This document shows positions 32,497-43,563 of a DNA stretch of 64,000 bases, one piece after another. The notes under the pieces are model-generated. The model worked only from the letters and a program-made list of their open reading frames with translations, was not told the DNA's origin and did no database searches. How positions within the stretch are numbered: the stretch's first letter is position 1; each line of letters opens with the position of its first letter. The translations under genes and the position numbers were made by a program. The stretch comes from Nitrospirota bacterium (GTDB taxonomy: Bacteria > Nitrospirota > JACRHJ01), in NCBI GenBank assembly GCA_963733375.1, contig CAVTDB010000009.1:96001-160000 (forward strand), in the 5' to 3' direction.

Positions 32497-32975
32497 TGAA
32501 TAAAAAAGCGGAAGGGCCGCAAAGGGACTTTGAGCAGGAACAAAAAAGAATAACAAGGAATTTAATGACTTTTGGGCTTCTCATCGGCATCTTCTTCATC
32601 TGTCCGGCTATTTTCCGGTTAATCCCGGAATTTCCGGCAGTCAAGGGGTTTGCCGTTCATAACCTGGTCGAATGCAGGGCAACATCCTGCGCGGTCTCTC
32701 CGAACCACCACGGTCCCCCGGGGAGTTATTCACCGCCGCTTTTGGGAACCCTGCGGATGCGCCAGAAGTCATAAGATCTCTTAGCTTTTCCTCTCTTTAG
32801 TCCCTTCTCTTATCGACGGACCGGGGTGGTCAGTCGGGCCAGTGGTCTGTCGGGCCGCGGGCTGACAATTTATGGCAGTGGGCCGTTTTACTTGATCCGG
32901 GCCATGAATGGCCAGTCTGAGCCGGTTCAACCGGTTTTCCCGTCGATATCCGCTTTACCTTTGGAAGGAAATATA
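32497..32975 (+). pseudogene. Degenerate 5-formyltetrahydrofolate cyclo-ligase remnant
   Basis: Fragments in mixed frames resemble the family: KKAE.RK.TLSR, IPEF, AFGNP, PG, YGSGPFY; this is the gene normally found after ssrS. Confidence 0.5.
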
Positions 32976-32976
32976 C

Positions 32977-34291
32977 ATGCCTGACCTGTTATCCGCCTTG
33001 AAGGAGGACTCCAGCAGCTCTCCGCTCGCCTGGCGTTTAAGGCCGACGAAGCCTGGATGAGTTCGTGGGGCAGGAGCATATCCTTGGGCAGGGGAAGATG
33101 CTAAGGCGCATGATAGAGGCGGACCGTTTAGGCTCCGTGATACTGTACGGGCCTCCCGGTTCCGGGAAGACTGCCCTGGCCCATGTCATAGCGAACAGGA
33201 CCAGCGCGGTCTTCGAGCCGATAAACGCCGTGACCTCCGGCGTGGCGGACATAAGGAGGATTACCTCCCAGGCCGCCATGGAGCTTAAGCGGAGCGGCAG
33301 GAAGACCATCCTTTTTATAGACGAGATACACAGGTTCAACCGCACCCAGCAGGACGCGCTTCTGCCTGACGTGGAAAAAGGCGTGGTGGTATTGATAGGG
33401 GCCTCGACCGCAAACCCTTTTTTCTCGATAATACCGGCGCTTTCTTCCCGCTCCCAGATTTTTGAGCTAAGGCCGCTCTCGGTGCAGGATTTAAGCATAC
33501 TTATCGACAGGGGCCTTTCCGACAGTGAGCGGGGCCTGGGCGGGCATAAGGTCCGGCTGTCCGACGATGCGCGGGAGTTTATATTGTCGCGCTCCGAAGG
33601 GGACGCGAGAAGGGCCTTAAACGCGTTGGAAATAGGCGTTCTGACGACAAGGCCCGGCCCGGACGGTTTTATAAATTTCGACCTTAACGTCGCGGAAGAG
33701 TCCATCCAGAAAAAGGCGGTGGTCTATGAGGAGGATGAGCATTACGACACCATATCCGCCTTCATAAAGAGCCTCCGCGGGAGCGACCCGGACGCCGCCG
33801 TATATTGGCTGGCGAAGATGGTATACGCGGGCGAGGACCCGCTCTTCATCGCAAGACGCCTCATCATTGCGGCCTCGGAGGACGTGGGCAACGCCGACCC
33901 GCGCGCGCTCCTGGTCGCGGTGGCCGCGCTTCACGCGTTAGAGCACGTCGGGATGCCGGAAGGACGCATCGCATTAGCCCAGGCGACTACGTACATAGCC
34001 TCGGCCCCGAAATCCAACGCGTCGTATATGGCGCTTGAATCGGCAATGAGCGATATCAGGGAAGGAATAGTCCTCCCGGTGCCGGACCACCTCCGGGATG
34101 CAAGCTATAAGAGCGCCAGGAAGCTTGGGCGTGGCAAGGGGTACAAATATCCTCACGATTATCCCGGCCATTGGGTGGAGCAGGACTATCTGCCGGAAAA
34201 AAGAGATTATTACATCCCGTCGGACCAGGGTTTCGAGAACGAGATTTTGCGGGTGCAGGCCTCCCGCAAGAAGAAGGACAGAGCTTCATAA
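32977..34291 (+). CDS. rarA: Replication-associated recombination AAA+ ATPase RarA/MgsA (frameshift near 33050)
   Basis: PLA.RLRP, GQEHIL, GPPGSGKT, FIDEIHRFN, HYDTISAFIKSLRGSDPDAA and YKYPHDY motifs. Confidence 0.96.
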
Positions 34292-34320
34292 AATAACTCC
34301 CAGGGAGGGTTTAAAGCGTC

Positions 34321-35880
34321 ATGAACTTAATGAACATAGTCTGGATAGCGGTAGCGGCCATAGCGGGGCTTGTGGTCGGCATCCTGATAAAAAGAGGGAT
34401 GGCCGAATCGAAGATACGGGAAGCCGAAGAGAGCGCCAAAAAGATAATAAAAGACGCGGAACGGGACGCGGAGACGAAGAAAAAGGAACTCCTGCTGGAG
34501 GCGAAGGACAAGCTCTACCAGCAGCGCTCGGATTTCGAAAAAGAGATAAAGGACGGGCGGGCCGAACTGAACACGCTGGAGAAGCGGCTTATCCAGAAAG
34601 AAGATTACCTGGAGAAGAAAACCGACTCCCTGGAAAAGCGGGACGGCGACTTGAACCGCAAGGAAAAGGAGATGGCGAACCGTGAAAAGGCGCTCGTCGA
34701 GAAGGAGCAGCGGTACGACAACGGCCTGGCCGAACAGGTACGGAAGCTTGAGCAGGTAGCCGGGATGAGCTCCGAGGAGGCGCGGAAGGAGCTTCTGGCG
34801 CGGATGGAGGGAGAGGCGACGCTGGAAGGCGCGAAGATGGTAAAGCGCATCGAGGACGAAGCCAAGTCCACCGCGGACAAGAAGTCCAAGGAGATAATGG
34901 CGCTGGCCATCCAGAGATACGCGAGCGACTACGTCGCCGAGTCCACCACGTCGCTGGTAAACCTCCCGAACGACGAGATGAAGGGCCGCATCATAGGCCG
35001 CGAGGGCCGGAACATCCGGGCCCTGGAAGCCGCGACCGGCATCGACTTGATAATCGACGATACGCCCCAGGCGGTTATCGTTTCCGGCTTCGACCCGGTC
35101 CGGCGCGAGATCGCCAGGCTATCCATCGAGCGGCTCATGGCCGACGGGCGCATCCACCCGGGCAGGATTGAGGAAGTCGTAGACAAGGTAAGGAAGGAAC
35201 TGGACGACGCGATGCGGGAGGAAGGCGAGAAGGCGGCCTTCGACCTCGCGATACACGGCATCCATCCGGAGATAATAAAATTAATCGGGCGGCTTAAATA
35301 CCGCACAAGTTACGGCCAGAACGTCCTGATGCACTCCCGCGAGGTCGCCTTTTTAGCCGGCGTAATGGCGGCTGAACTCGGCGTGGACACAAAACTCGCC
35401 AAGCGCGCGGGTCTGCTGCACGACATAGGCAAAGCGGTCGACCACGAGATCGAAGGCACGCATGCCGGCATCGGACATGACCTTGCCAAGAAATACGGTG
35501 AAAACCAGAAGGTGCTGAACGCGATTATGGCGCACCACGGGGACGAACCCTTCTCCTGCGTCGAGTCCGTCCTTGTCGCGGCCGCCGACGCGCTGTCCGC
35601 GGCCAGGCCGGGGGCGAGGCGCGAGACGCTCGAGACCTATGTCAAACGCCTTGAGAAGCTGGAAGAGGTGGCGACATCTTTCAAGGGCGTGGAGAAGTGT
35701 TATGCCATTCAGGCGGGCCGCGAGATACGGGTCATCGTAAAGCCTGAGGACGTGGACGATATAAGCGCGGCGCAGATATCCCGCGAGATAGCCAAAAAAA
35801 TAGAAGAGGAAATGGCGTACCCCGGCCAGATAAAGGTGACTGTGATACGCGAATCGCGCTACGTGGAATTCGCCAAGTAA
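34321..35880 (+). CDS. rny: Ribonuclease Y
   Basis: N-terminal TM, coiled coil, KH motif [15 protein letters not shown] motif LLHDIGKA. Confidence 0.98.
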   Translation: MNLMNIVWIAVAAIAGLVVGILIKRGMAESKIREAEESAKKIIKDAERDAETKKKELLLEAKDKLYQQRSDFEKEIKDGRAELNTLEKRLIQKEDYLEKKTDSLEKRDGDLNRKEKEMANREKALVEKEQRYDNGLAEQVRKLEQVAGMSSEEARKELLARMEGEATLEGAKMVKRIEDEAKSTADKKSKEIMALAIQRYASDYVAESTTSLVNLPNDEMKGRIIGREGRNIRALEAATGIDLIIDDTPQAVIVSGFDPVRREIARLSIERLMADGRIHPGRIEEVVDKVRKELDDAMREEGEKAAFDLAIHGIHPEIIKLIGRLKYRTSYGQNVLMHSREVAFLAGVMAAELGVDTKLAKRAGLLHDIGKAVDHEIEGTHAGIGHDLAKKYGENQKVLNAIMAHHGDEPFSCVESVLVAAADALSAARPGARRETLETYVKRLEKLEEVATSFKGVEKCYAIQAGREIRVIVKPEDVDDISAAQISREIAKKIEEEMAYPGQIKVTVIRESRYVEFAK

Positions 35881-35929
35881 TGGAGACCCTGTTCATCAGC
35901 GACCCCGGCATGAAGTGGGATTCCGACTA

Positions 35930-36709
35930 ATGGAAATCCTCTTCATAAGCGACATAGTGGGCGACCCCGGCCGGAAGGCCGTGGCCGCTCATCTGCCCGC
36001 GGTCCGCGAGAAATACGGCGTCCATGCGGTGATAGCCAACGGCGAGAACGCCGCCGGGGGTTTTGGCATAACGCCTAAAATCGCCCAGGAGCTTCTCGAT
36101 ATGGATATCGACCTCCTCACCTCCGGCAACCACATCTGGGATAAAAAAGAGATATACGAGTACCTGGACAGGACGGACAAACTGCTTCGTCCCGCCAATT
36201 TGCCGCCCGGCGTCCCGGGCACCGGCAGCGCGGTCTTCACGGCATCCGACGGCACTAAAGTCGGCGTATTGAACCTGATGGGCCGGATATTTCTGACGCC
36301 GTCCGACTGCCCGTTCAGAAGAGGGAAAGAGGAAACGGAGAAACTGAAAAAACTGGGCGCGGAGGTGATACTGGTCGATTTCCATGCGGAGGCCACCTCC
36401 GAAAAAATCGCACTCGCCCTGTATCTCGACGGCCAGGTGAGCGCGGTAGTAGGGACGCATACCCATGTCCAGACATCGGACGAGAGGCTGCTCCCAGGCG
36501 GCACGGCCTTCATCACGGACGTCGGCATGACCGGGCCGCACGATTCCGTCATAGGCGTCACCTCCGAACTCGCAATCGGCCGCTTCCTGACCCAGATGCC
36601 CGCCCGCTTCGATACCGCAAAAGGCCCCGGCACCTTCGAGGCGGTGATAATCTCGGCCGACCCTGATACCGGGCAGGCGACAAAGATACAGCGATTAAGT
36701 CTTACTTAA
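35930..36709 (+). CDS. ymdB: YmdB-family metallophosphoesterase
   Basis: DIVG.PGR, NGENAAGG.G, GNHIWD, DFHAEATSEK and GTHTHV motifs; position after rny. Confidence 0.93.
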   Translation: MEILFISDIVGDPGRKAVAAHLPAVREKYGVHAVIANGENAAGGFGITPKIAQELLDMDIDLLTSGNHIWDKKEIYEYLDRTDKLLRPANLPPGVPGTGSAVFTASDGTKVGVLNLMGRIFLTPSDCPFRRGKEETEKLKKLGAEVILVDFHAEATSEKIALALYLDGQVSAVVGTHTHVQTSDERLLPGGTAFITDVGMTGPHDSVIGVTSELAIGRFLTQMPARFDTAKGPGTFEAVIISADPDTGQATKIQRLSLT

Positions 36710-36712
36710 GTC

Positions 36713-36811
36713 GTTACTTTTCTTTCGAGAAAGAAAAGTAACACAAAAAAAAGCTGGACTTAAAAACAAATTTAAAAGTTTTTGGCGTTACCTTTTTACC
36801 AAAAAGGTAAC
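36713..36811 (+). repeat. Double-hairpin intergenic repeat, copy 3
   Basis: GTTACTTTTCTTTC-GA-GAAAGAAAAGTAAC ... TTTAAAAGTTTTTGGCGTTACCTTTTTACCAAAAAGGTAAC. Confidence 0.85.
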
Positions 36812-36820
36812 GGTTTATCA

Positions 36821-38022
36821 ATGCAACTTGATTTATCTTTCAGCGGCCCCATTACCGTCTCCGAGCTTACCCGGCGTATCCGGGAAAAGCTGGAGTCCGG
36901 CTTCTCCGACGTATGGATAACCGGCGAAATTTCCGGCCTGCGCATCCCACCCTCCGGCCATATATACTTCACTTTAAAGGACAAGGACGCCCAGATAAAG
37001 GCGGTTTTTTTCCGCTCCGGCAACCGCTATCTGAAGTTCGCGCCGAGGGACGGTATGGAGGTTATCCTGCGGGGCCGGGTGACGGTTTACGACCCGCGCG
37101 GCGAGTACCAGGTAGTCGCGGAATACATGGAGCCGAAAGGCATTGGCGCGCTCCAGCTCGCGTTCTTGCAGCTAAAGGAAAAACTCGAAAAGGAAGGGCT
37201 TTTCGATCAAGTCCCGGAAACGCCCCCTGCCCGCCCACCCGAGGCGCGTCGGAGTCGTAACGTCCCCGTCCGGCGCGGCGATACGGGATATATTAAATGT
37301 CCTCGGCAGGCGCGCGCCCGGCGTGAAAATATTAATCGCTCCGGCGACGGTGCAAGGCGCGTTCGCGCCGGCGGAGATAGCATCCGCGATATCGGAACTA
37401 AATAAGATAGACGGCCTGGACGTCATTATCGTAGGGCGCGGAGGAGGGTCAGTGGAAGACCTGGCCGCTTTCAATACGGAAGTGGTCGCGCGCGCTATCG
37501 CCTCGTCCGACATCCCCGTAATATCCGCCGTCGGGCACGAGACGGACTTTACGATAGCCGATTTTGCCGCCGACTTAAGGGCCCCCACCCCGTCCGCCGC
37601 CGCCGAAGTGGTTGCGAAAAACGAGGAGGATATGGCGGATATTCTCCGTTCGCTTCGCGGCAGGTTAGTTTATGCAGTAGTGCAGGAGCATCGGCGTCTG
37701 CGGGACAGGTTAAATTCCGAGGAACGGGCGCTGATAAACCCGATGAGGCGCTTGCATGACCATGCGCTCCGGCTGGACGAGCTGTCCGGGAAGGCTGATG
37801 TCGGCAGAAGCGCGGTTAATACTCACCTTGAAAAACAAGGCTGTTTCTCTCTCCCGCGCCCTGGCTCTGCTTGAGCCACTCGCGCCCTTGAAGGCCGGTT
37901 TCGCCATCGTGAAGAGCTTTTCCGACGGCCGGATAATAAAGTCGAGAGCCGAGGCAAGGGCCGCGGGCAGGTTGACGCTTCAGTTTGATGACGGAGAAAT
38001 CGACGCCGAAGTAGTGAAATAA
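36821..38022 (+). CDS. xseA: Exodeoxyribonuclease VII large subunit (frameshifted)
   Basis: GEISG...[20 protein letters not shown] and SAVGHETD...APTPSAAAE motifs. Confidence 0.95.
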
Positions 38023-38192
38023 TACCCCCCAGAATTCTCCCCGCTTGCATTTCGACAGGCTCATGAACTCCCCGGCCGGCGTTTAGTCCCGTATTAACCA
38101 AGGCGGGGAGAATATGTGGCGGGTTACCATCGCCAAAAAGAAAGGCCGGCATCTCTGCCAGCCTTTTATTTTTCAGATCTAACTTCGCCCGT

Positions 38193-41100
38193 TCAGCAGG
38201 GTGGACGCTGGAGCTGTACGCCGCTCCGCGCCCGCTTCAGGCTACTGGTAACTACGTTGGCAGTTGCGCCGGTCGAATATGTGTGAGCGCCGTCGTGCGA
38301 GAACGCTTTGTAATAATAATGAGTATAGTGAGTTAACGTCCCGTACGTATCCAGCTCGCCGTTCGGGGTGCCGGTGCCGGTGCCGTCATAGACAACCGTA
38401 CCCGTTCCGATGGCGCCTCCCACGGTATACGTCGTGCCGTTCGTCGGCGCCGTGAAGGTGCCGGTGGTATTGCGGAGTATCAGCACGCCCGTGAACGGAG
38501 ACGCCGGGTTTGTCCAGCCCAGCTGTATCCCCCCCGTGGTTGAATATTTCGATGTTGCTGTGAGGGTAACGTTTACCGCGGTGAGGATCACGCCCGTGGT
38601 GTTGGTGAAGGTCGTGACCGTGTAGTTACCGCCGCTGTTGCCGTCGTTGACAGTGTACGTGGCGCACCGACAGCGTCTTGCCCGTCCCGTTCTTGGTGTC
38701 GTAGGTCTCCGTCAGGCCTGTGACCGTGTCGGTGCCTGGAGGCCCGAAACCGTGGGGACTGCGACGGGCGGCGGTGGTGCCGTCGTAGGTCTTGGTGTTG
38801 GTCGCGGCCGTGATGGTCAGAGCGCCTTCGTGATGCGCCCGTGGTGTCGTGACGTCGTGACCGTGTAGTTGCCCCCGCTGTTGCCGTCGTTGACCGTGTA
38901 GGTGGCGACCGACATCGTCTTGCCCGTGCCCACGTTCTGCGTTGTCGTAGGTCTCGCGTCAGGCCGGTGACCGTGTCGCTGCCACAGGTGCCGGTAACCG
39001 TCGGCGTGCCCGTCGCGCGATGGTGCCGTCGTAGATCTTGGTGTTGGCCAGCCGCGGTGATCGTGAAGCGCGCCTTGGTGATCACGCCGGTGGTGTTGGT
39101 GAAGTCGTCACCGTGTAGTTGCCGCCGCTGTTGCCGTCGTTCACCGTGTAGCCGCGGCGACCGACAGCGTCTTGCCCGTGCCCGACGTTCTTGTTGTCAA
39201 AGGTCTCGCCAGGCCGGTGACCGTGTCGGTGCCGTCGAGGCATGCCTGTAACCGTCGAGGACCGCGGCGGCGGCGGTGGTGCCGTTGTAGACCTTGGTGT
39301 TTGTCAGGGCAGTGATGGTGATAGGCGCCTTGTGATGTTGGCCGTCGTTGATGCAGTGGTATTGCCAAGCGTGTAGTTGCCTGCGTCGGCGCCGCCGGTT
39401 ATGCTGATGCCGGTGACGCTGACCGCGATGCCGTTGGCGACGTTCTGGCTGGCAAAGGTTGCGCCGGTGTAGCTTTCCGTGACCACGTCGCTAGAAGATG
39501 GTTATCGGACAGCGTCACGGTCGCCGCCGTACTGCGGTTGTATGTCTTGTTAACACCCGTCGCGGTTACTGTAAGGGTCGCCGCCGTGATGTTGGCAGTC
39601 GTCGTGCCGACGGAAGTCAGGCTGTAGTTGCCAGACGCGGTGCCGGTAAGGCTTAAGCCGCTCCCCGTCACCGTCTTGCCGTTGGCCACGTTCTTGTCGC
39701 TGAATGTCGCCGTGCCGCCCGTCAAGGTGACGTTCGCTGTATCGCCCGCCAATACGCCTGAGAGCGACCTGCCGGTGATGCTTGCCGTGTTCGTGGCGTC
39801 GTAGGTCTTGCCTGCTGGCGGTGATGCTGCCCGTGACGCCCAGCGCGGTAATGTTGGCCGTCGTTGTCGCCGTGGTCTGGGTAAGCGTGTAGTTGCCCGC
39901 CGCCGAGCCGGTAAGGCTGAGGTTGACCGTAACCGTTTTGCCATTGGCCACGCTCGCATCCGAGAATGTCGCCGCGCTGGTGACCAGGGTGACGTTACCC
40001 ACATCGCCGGGCTGTACGCCGACCAGCGCGAGCGTATTGCCGGAGAGTGTGCCGCATTCGTGCCGTCGTAAGTCTTGCCGCTGGCGGCGATGGAACCGGA
40101 GATAGTGAGGTTCCCGGACGACACACTTGCGGTGGGGGCGGTGGTCGCCGGCGTGCTTCCGCCATAAATGTCGGAAGCCGTTATCGTGCAGGTGATGGTC
40201 TTGCCAATCTCGGAGGACGTGAGCGTATAGTCGTTAGCGTCCGCGCCGATGTTCGTCCCGGAAGCAGCCCACTGGTAGTGTAGCGTCACCGGGTCGCCGT
40301 CCGCGTCCGCAGTGCCCGTATCTGCCAGGGTCAGGTTAGTACCGAATGTCACCGAGCCGGTTATTGACGGCGTGCCCGTGAAGGTCGGCGCCGAATTGGA
40401 GGTCCTGTTCCATGAGGCCGGACTCGAGGAGTGACAGGAAGAGGTGCAAGTGCTGGTCCCGCCGTCAAAGGTGAATGCGTTAAGGGATGCCGGGGTCATG
40501 CCCAGGTTGCCCTTGGCGTTGCTGACGTTGGCGTCCGAGACTTCCGTGCCGTCGGAAGCGTGCGGGTAGGCTTTCTCGGTCCCGTTGTCCGCTCTGCCAT
40601 TGCTCCATAAATCATTTGTATTATCAGGATGGCAGGTATGGCATGCGCCGTTGCCGCCGCCTATGCGGGTAATATGGTTGACGTGGTCGCCCGAAAGCGG
40701 AGCCTCGGTGCCGGAAACGCCGGAGCCGTCCGCGTGGCAGGAGTTGCAGTTGAGCATTAAGCCTGCACTGGTGTAATTGGCCCAGCGCGCCGGGTTAGCG
40801 GAGCTTGTGCCCCTGTGACAGGCCACTGTGCAATAACCGGCGCGAGGGGCGTCCTCCATCGAAGAAATGGAATTCGGCCTGTCGCTGACGCCGCCCCGGT
40901 CGGAGGAGTACCTCATGAAGCCCTTCGTCGCCGGCCAGCCGTAGTTGGGGTTATGATAGTCGGGCGCGCTGGATGTAGTCGACGTTGTGGACCACTGCAA
41001 GAATCCGCTCAAGTGGTTCGGATGATCTGCGGCGTGGCAGACCTGGCAGACACCGCGGTTGTTATACGTGACGCCATTGATAACTGTCGTTCCGCTCCAT

Positions 41101-41443
41101 GAATTTCCGCCGATTGTCCCGGATTTGCCCGCACCCGTGGGGTAGCTGGCCGAAGAGTAGTTCGATGGATGCCATGCAGCCCGCGTTCGTTGTCGTTCTG
41201 CGGCAACAGTTTATTCTCGTACCCGGGCGCCGCGCCGGTTGCCCTGGCGTCATACGATACGCTGCCGCTTGAACCGGTCGAGGCATTGTTGAAGATCGTA
41301 CCGTGGCACTGCCCGCAGTTTATGGTAGCGGCGGAGGCGGGTGCTGGCGCTCCCAAGGTCGCCATGACGAATATTACAAGTACAAGAGCTAGGCCAATCG
41401 ACAACCCACGCTTTCTGTAGTTGATTTCGCCGGCGAATGCCAT
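38193..41443 (-). CDS. Secreted hexaheme c-type cytochrome fused to an Ig-like domain, about 6 YDG-type repeats and an FN3-like C-terminal domain (many frameshifts)
   Basis: Signal peptide; CGQCH, CQVCH, CTVACH, CNSCH, CHTCH, CTSSCH; in ORF 39399..41012 four of these motifs run in one frame into DADGD..YQW and KTYDG repeats ending GNY.L...TANIT. Confidence 0.82.
38590..39330 (-). repeat. Three similar ~245 bp coding repeats (YDG repeats 4-6)
   Basis: Plus strand GTGTAGTT.CC.CCGCTGTTGCCGTCGTT recurs near 38620, 38863 and 39113 (YTVNDGNSGGNYTV on the minus strand). Confidence 0.8.
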
Positions 41444-41552
41444 TTTGCCTCCCAGAGTAAACTTATTAAACGTAAATATTATTTTATTATATATAAAACA
41501 AGCTTAATACTTTGAATATGCTAAAAAAAAAGCTTCACATATTCGGAAATAT

Positions 41553-41581
41553 TATATAAGGCTTTTAGTCAGGAATGTCAA
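41553..41581 (-). promoter_or_regulatory. Sigma70-like promoter for the cytochrome-adhesin gene
   Basis: TTGACA-N17-TATATA(AT) in an AT-rich gap. Confidence 0.6.
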
Positions 41582-41601
41582 GTAACATGCACAAGAACAT
41601 G

Positions 41602-42003
41602 TTAGCCGTCTACCTTTTTTATCACGAGGCCGGTCGGCAATATGACAAGTTTATGCTCTACGCCCGTAACTACCTTGGCTTCATAAGAATACTGGTAGTC
41701 TTGGGATGACCCTTTGGGCACTACCTGGCCTCTGAAATTGAAATCTTTAAGTGCGGTCCTTCTGACAGTCACATAGCCTTTTATCATGTAGTAAGGCTTT
41801 TTCGCCCCAGGTTCGTTTTGATTGGTATGTTCGTACGTTATTGTTACAATACTGGTAGAAAGCGGCCGGGCGGGGTCTTTTAACGTCAGAACCGACCACA
41901 GCGTATAATAGACCGCTTTGTCGGCCTTTTGCTCATTGGATACGCACCCGGCCAACAGGGCAATCAAGACCACCGAAAATATAATTAGAACTATTTTTTT
42001 CAT
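41602..42003 (-). CDS. Hypothetical lipoprotein, beta-rich
   Basis: MKK followed by a hydrophobic stretch and LAGC lipobox; intact 133-aa ORF. Confidence 0.8.
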   Translation of the reverse strand: MKKIVLIIFSVVLIALLAGCVSNEQKADKAVYYTLWSVLTLKDPARPLSTSIVTITYEHTNQNEPGAKKPYYMIKGYVTVRRTALKDFNFRGQVVPKGSSQDYQYSYEAKVVTGVEHKLVILPTGLVIKKVDG

Positions 42004-42038
42004 CGTACTCGCTTCGTTTAATTATTTCTGGTAAAACC

Positions 42039-42068
42039 GAACATCTGCCGGTACACCGGCAGATGTTC
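42039..42068 (-). terminator. Hairpin / probable terminator after the nonaheme cytochrome gene
   Basis: Perfect inverted repeat GAACATCTGCCGGT-AC-ACCGGCAGATGTTC. Confidence 0.6.
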
Positions 42069-42115
42069 TATTGCTTAATTAGCTTTGTCCCGTCCAGACG
42101 ATACGGCCCGCATTG

Positions 42116-43407
42116 TTACATCAGGGACCAGCTGCCTTCCCCGCCAACGGTATGACAACCGGCCACGCCGTCACTGGGACTGCATGTGTACGTGCTGGAA
42201 TTGTAATTCACGTCCGTATTAATGTAGGCGCCGTCCGAGCCAACCGGCAGGGTAAGCCCAGACGAACCGTCCGCCCGCTGGTGATCGCTGAGGCCGCCTG
42301 TATTGGGGTGGCAGTCAGCACACCCTGCCGCAGTGAGTGTAGAGCTTGTCGCAAGGTCGAAGACGTGGTAGTTGTGCCCTCCGACCAGCGCGCCGACGGT
42401 GATACCGTCGTTTTCTACAGAGCCGTCACTGTGGCACATGTTGCAGGACACGCTGCCGTTCCATTTTTTCGGTGCATTAGGTACGGTATGTGAATTTAAA
42501 TATTCATTCCTCGGGTGGCATTTGCTGACGCAAGTCGTACTGGTGCCGTTTTTTACCGCCGAGGAAATATTGTTCATAAGCACGACGTTGTTATCAGGGT
42601 TTGGATGTTAGTGCCGTCCGAGGCGTGCGGGTAAGCCTTGACGCTGCCGTCGTCTATGGACGCCCTGCCTTGGCTAGTATTGTCCGAGTGGCAGTTCACG
42701 CATCCGGCGTCGTTCGCCGAGTTCATCGCAACAAAGCCGCCTGGCAAGATGGCGGTGGATCCCAGATGTCCCGGATGATTGCCGGACAAGTCAGATTCGG
42801 AGCCGGACTTGCCGTTAACGTCCGCATGGCAGCTATTACAGGTCAGCCTCGCGACGGAGGAGGTGTAGTTGTTCCACTTCGCGGAGTTAGTGGCAGTCGT
42901 ACCCTTATGACAGGCCTTCGTGCAGGTCGCCGTCCCGTCCATAAGAGCGATGTTGATGCCGTTTGCACTGCTCCCGGTGCCCGTGACATTGCCTTTCAAC
43001 CCGACTGAACTGACTTTTTGCGCGCCACTGGGCGACATGCCGGAGAACGTAACAAAGCCGCTTTCATGGCTGTACTGGTTGTGGCAGTATTTGCAGTTGC
43101 CCCTGGTTGAACCGTTCATCCCGTAAGTCGCTGAGGAGTAGTTCATGTGAATGCCGTGCAGGCCGCGGCCCATTCCGCCTGTTATATTGTTGTACTGCGG
43201 AGTATTGATATCCTCGTAGGGTTTTACGCCTGGCATAAGAGATAGCGAACCATCGGCGTTATTTATGTAGGCCCCGTGACATTGACCGCAACCTATGGTC
43301 GCGGCGCCCGCCGCCCCTGCCAGCATTCCGGATAAAGCCAGCATCAGGAGAAACGCAAGCACACCTGCCGCCAACCTACGACTTTTCGCATCGATCTGAT
43401 AGTTCAT
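42116..43407 (-). CDS. Secreted multiheme c-type cytochrome, about 9 heme motifs (CxxxxCH/CxxCH repeat type; frameshift near 42600)
   Basis: Signal peptide; CGQCH, CKYCH, CTKACH, CNSCH, CVNCH, CVSKCH, CNMCH, CADCH, CSPSDGVAGCH. Confidence 0.85.
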
Positions 43408-43563
43408 GGGACTTCCTTTTTAGGATTATTAAGTTTACGGCCCTGTATTCCTTAAAAGATGCGCAAGACTTGCAATACCCTCGCTCCTCTTGCGCACCCT
43501 CTGAGAAGTATACCTGGGCCCCGCCTATAGAGGCGGGACCCGTTGGCTGAATTTAAGTACAGT

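Noticed and set aside
38033-38113. Long inverted repeat ATTCTCCCCGC...GCGGGGAGAAT after xseA as an ncRNA
   Set aside because: No recognisable RNA family features; it lies between convergent genes and is adequately explained as a terminator or REP-like hairpin.
38590-39330. YDG repeats as a DGR template/variable repeat pair
   Set aside because: No reverse transcriptase is present, differences are not evidently adenine-specific, and the repeats are tandem coding domains.
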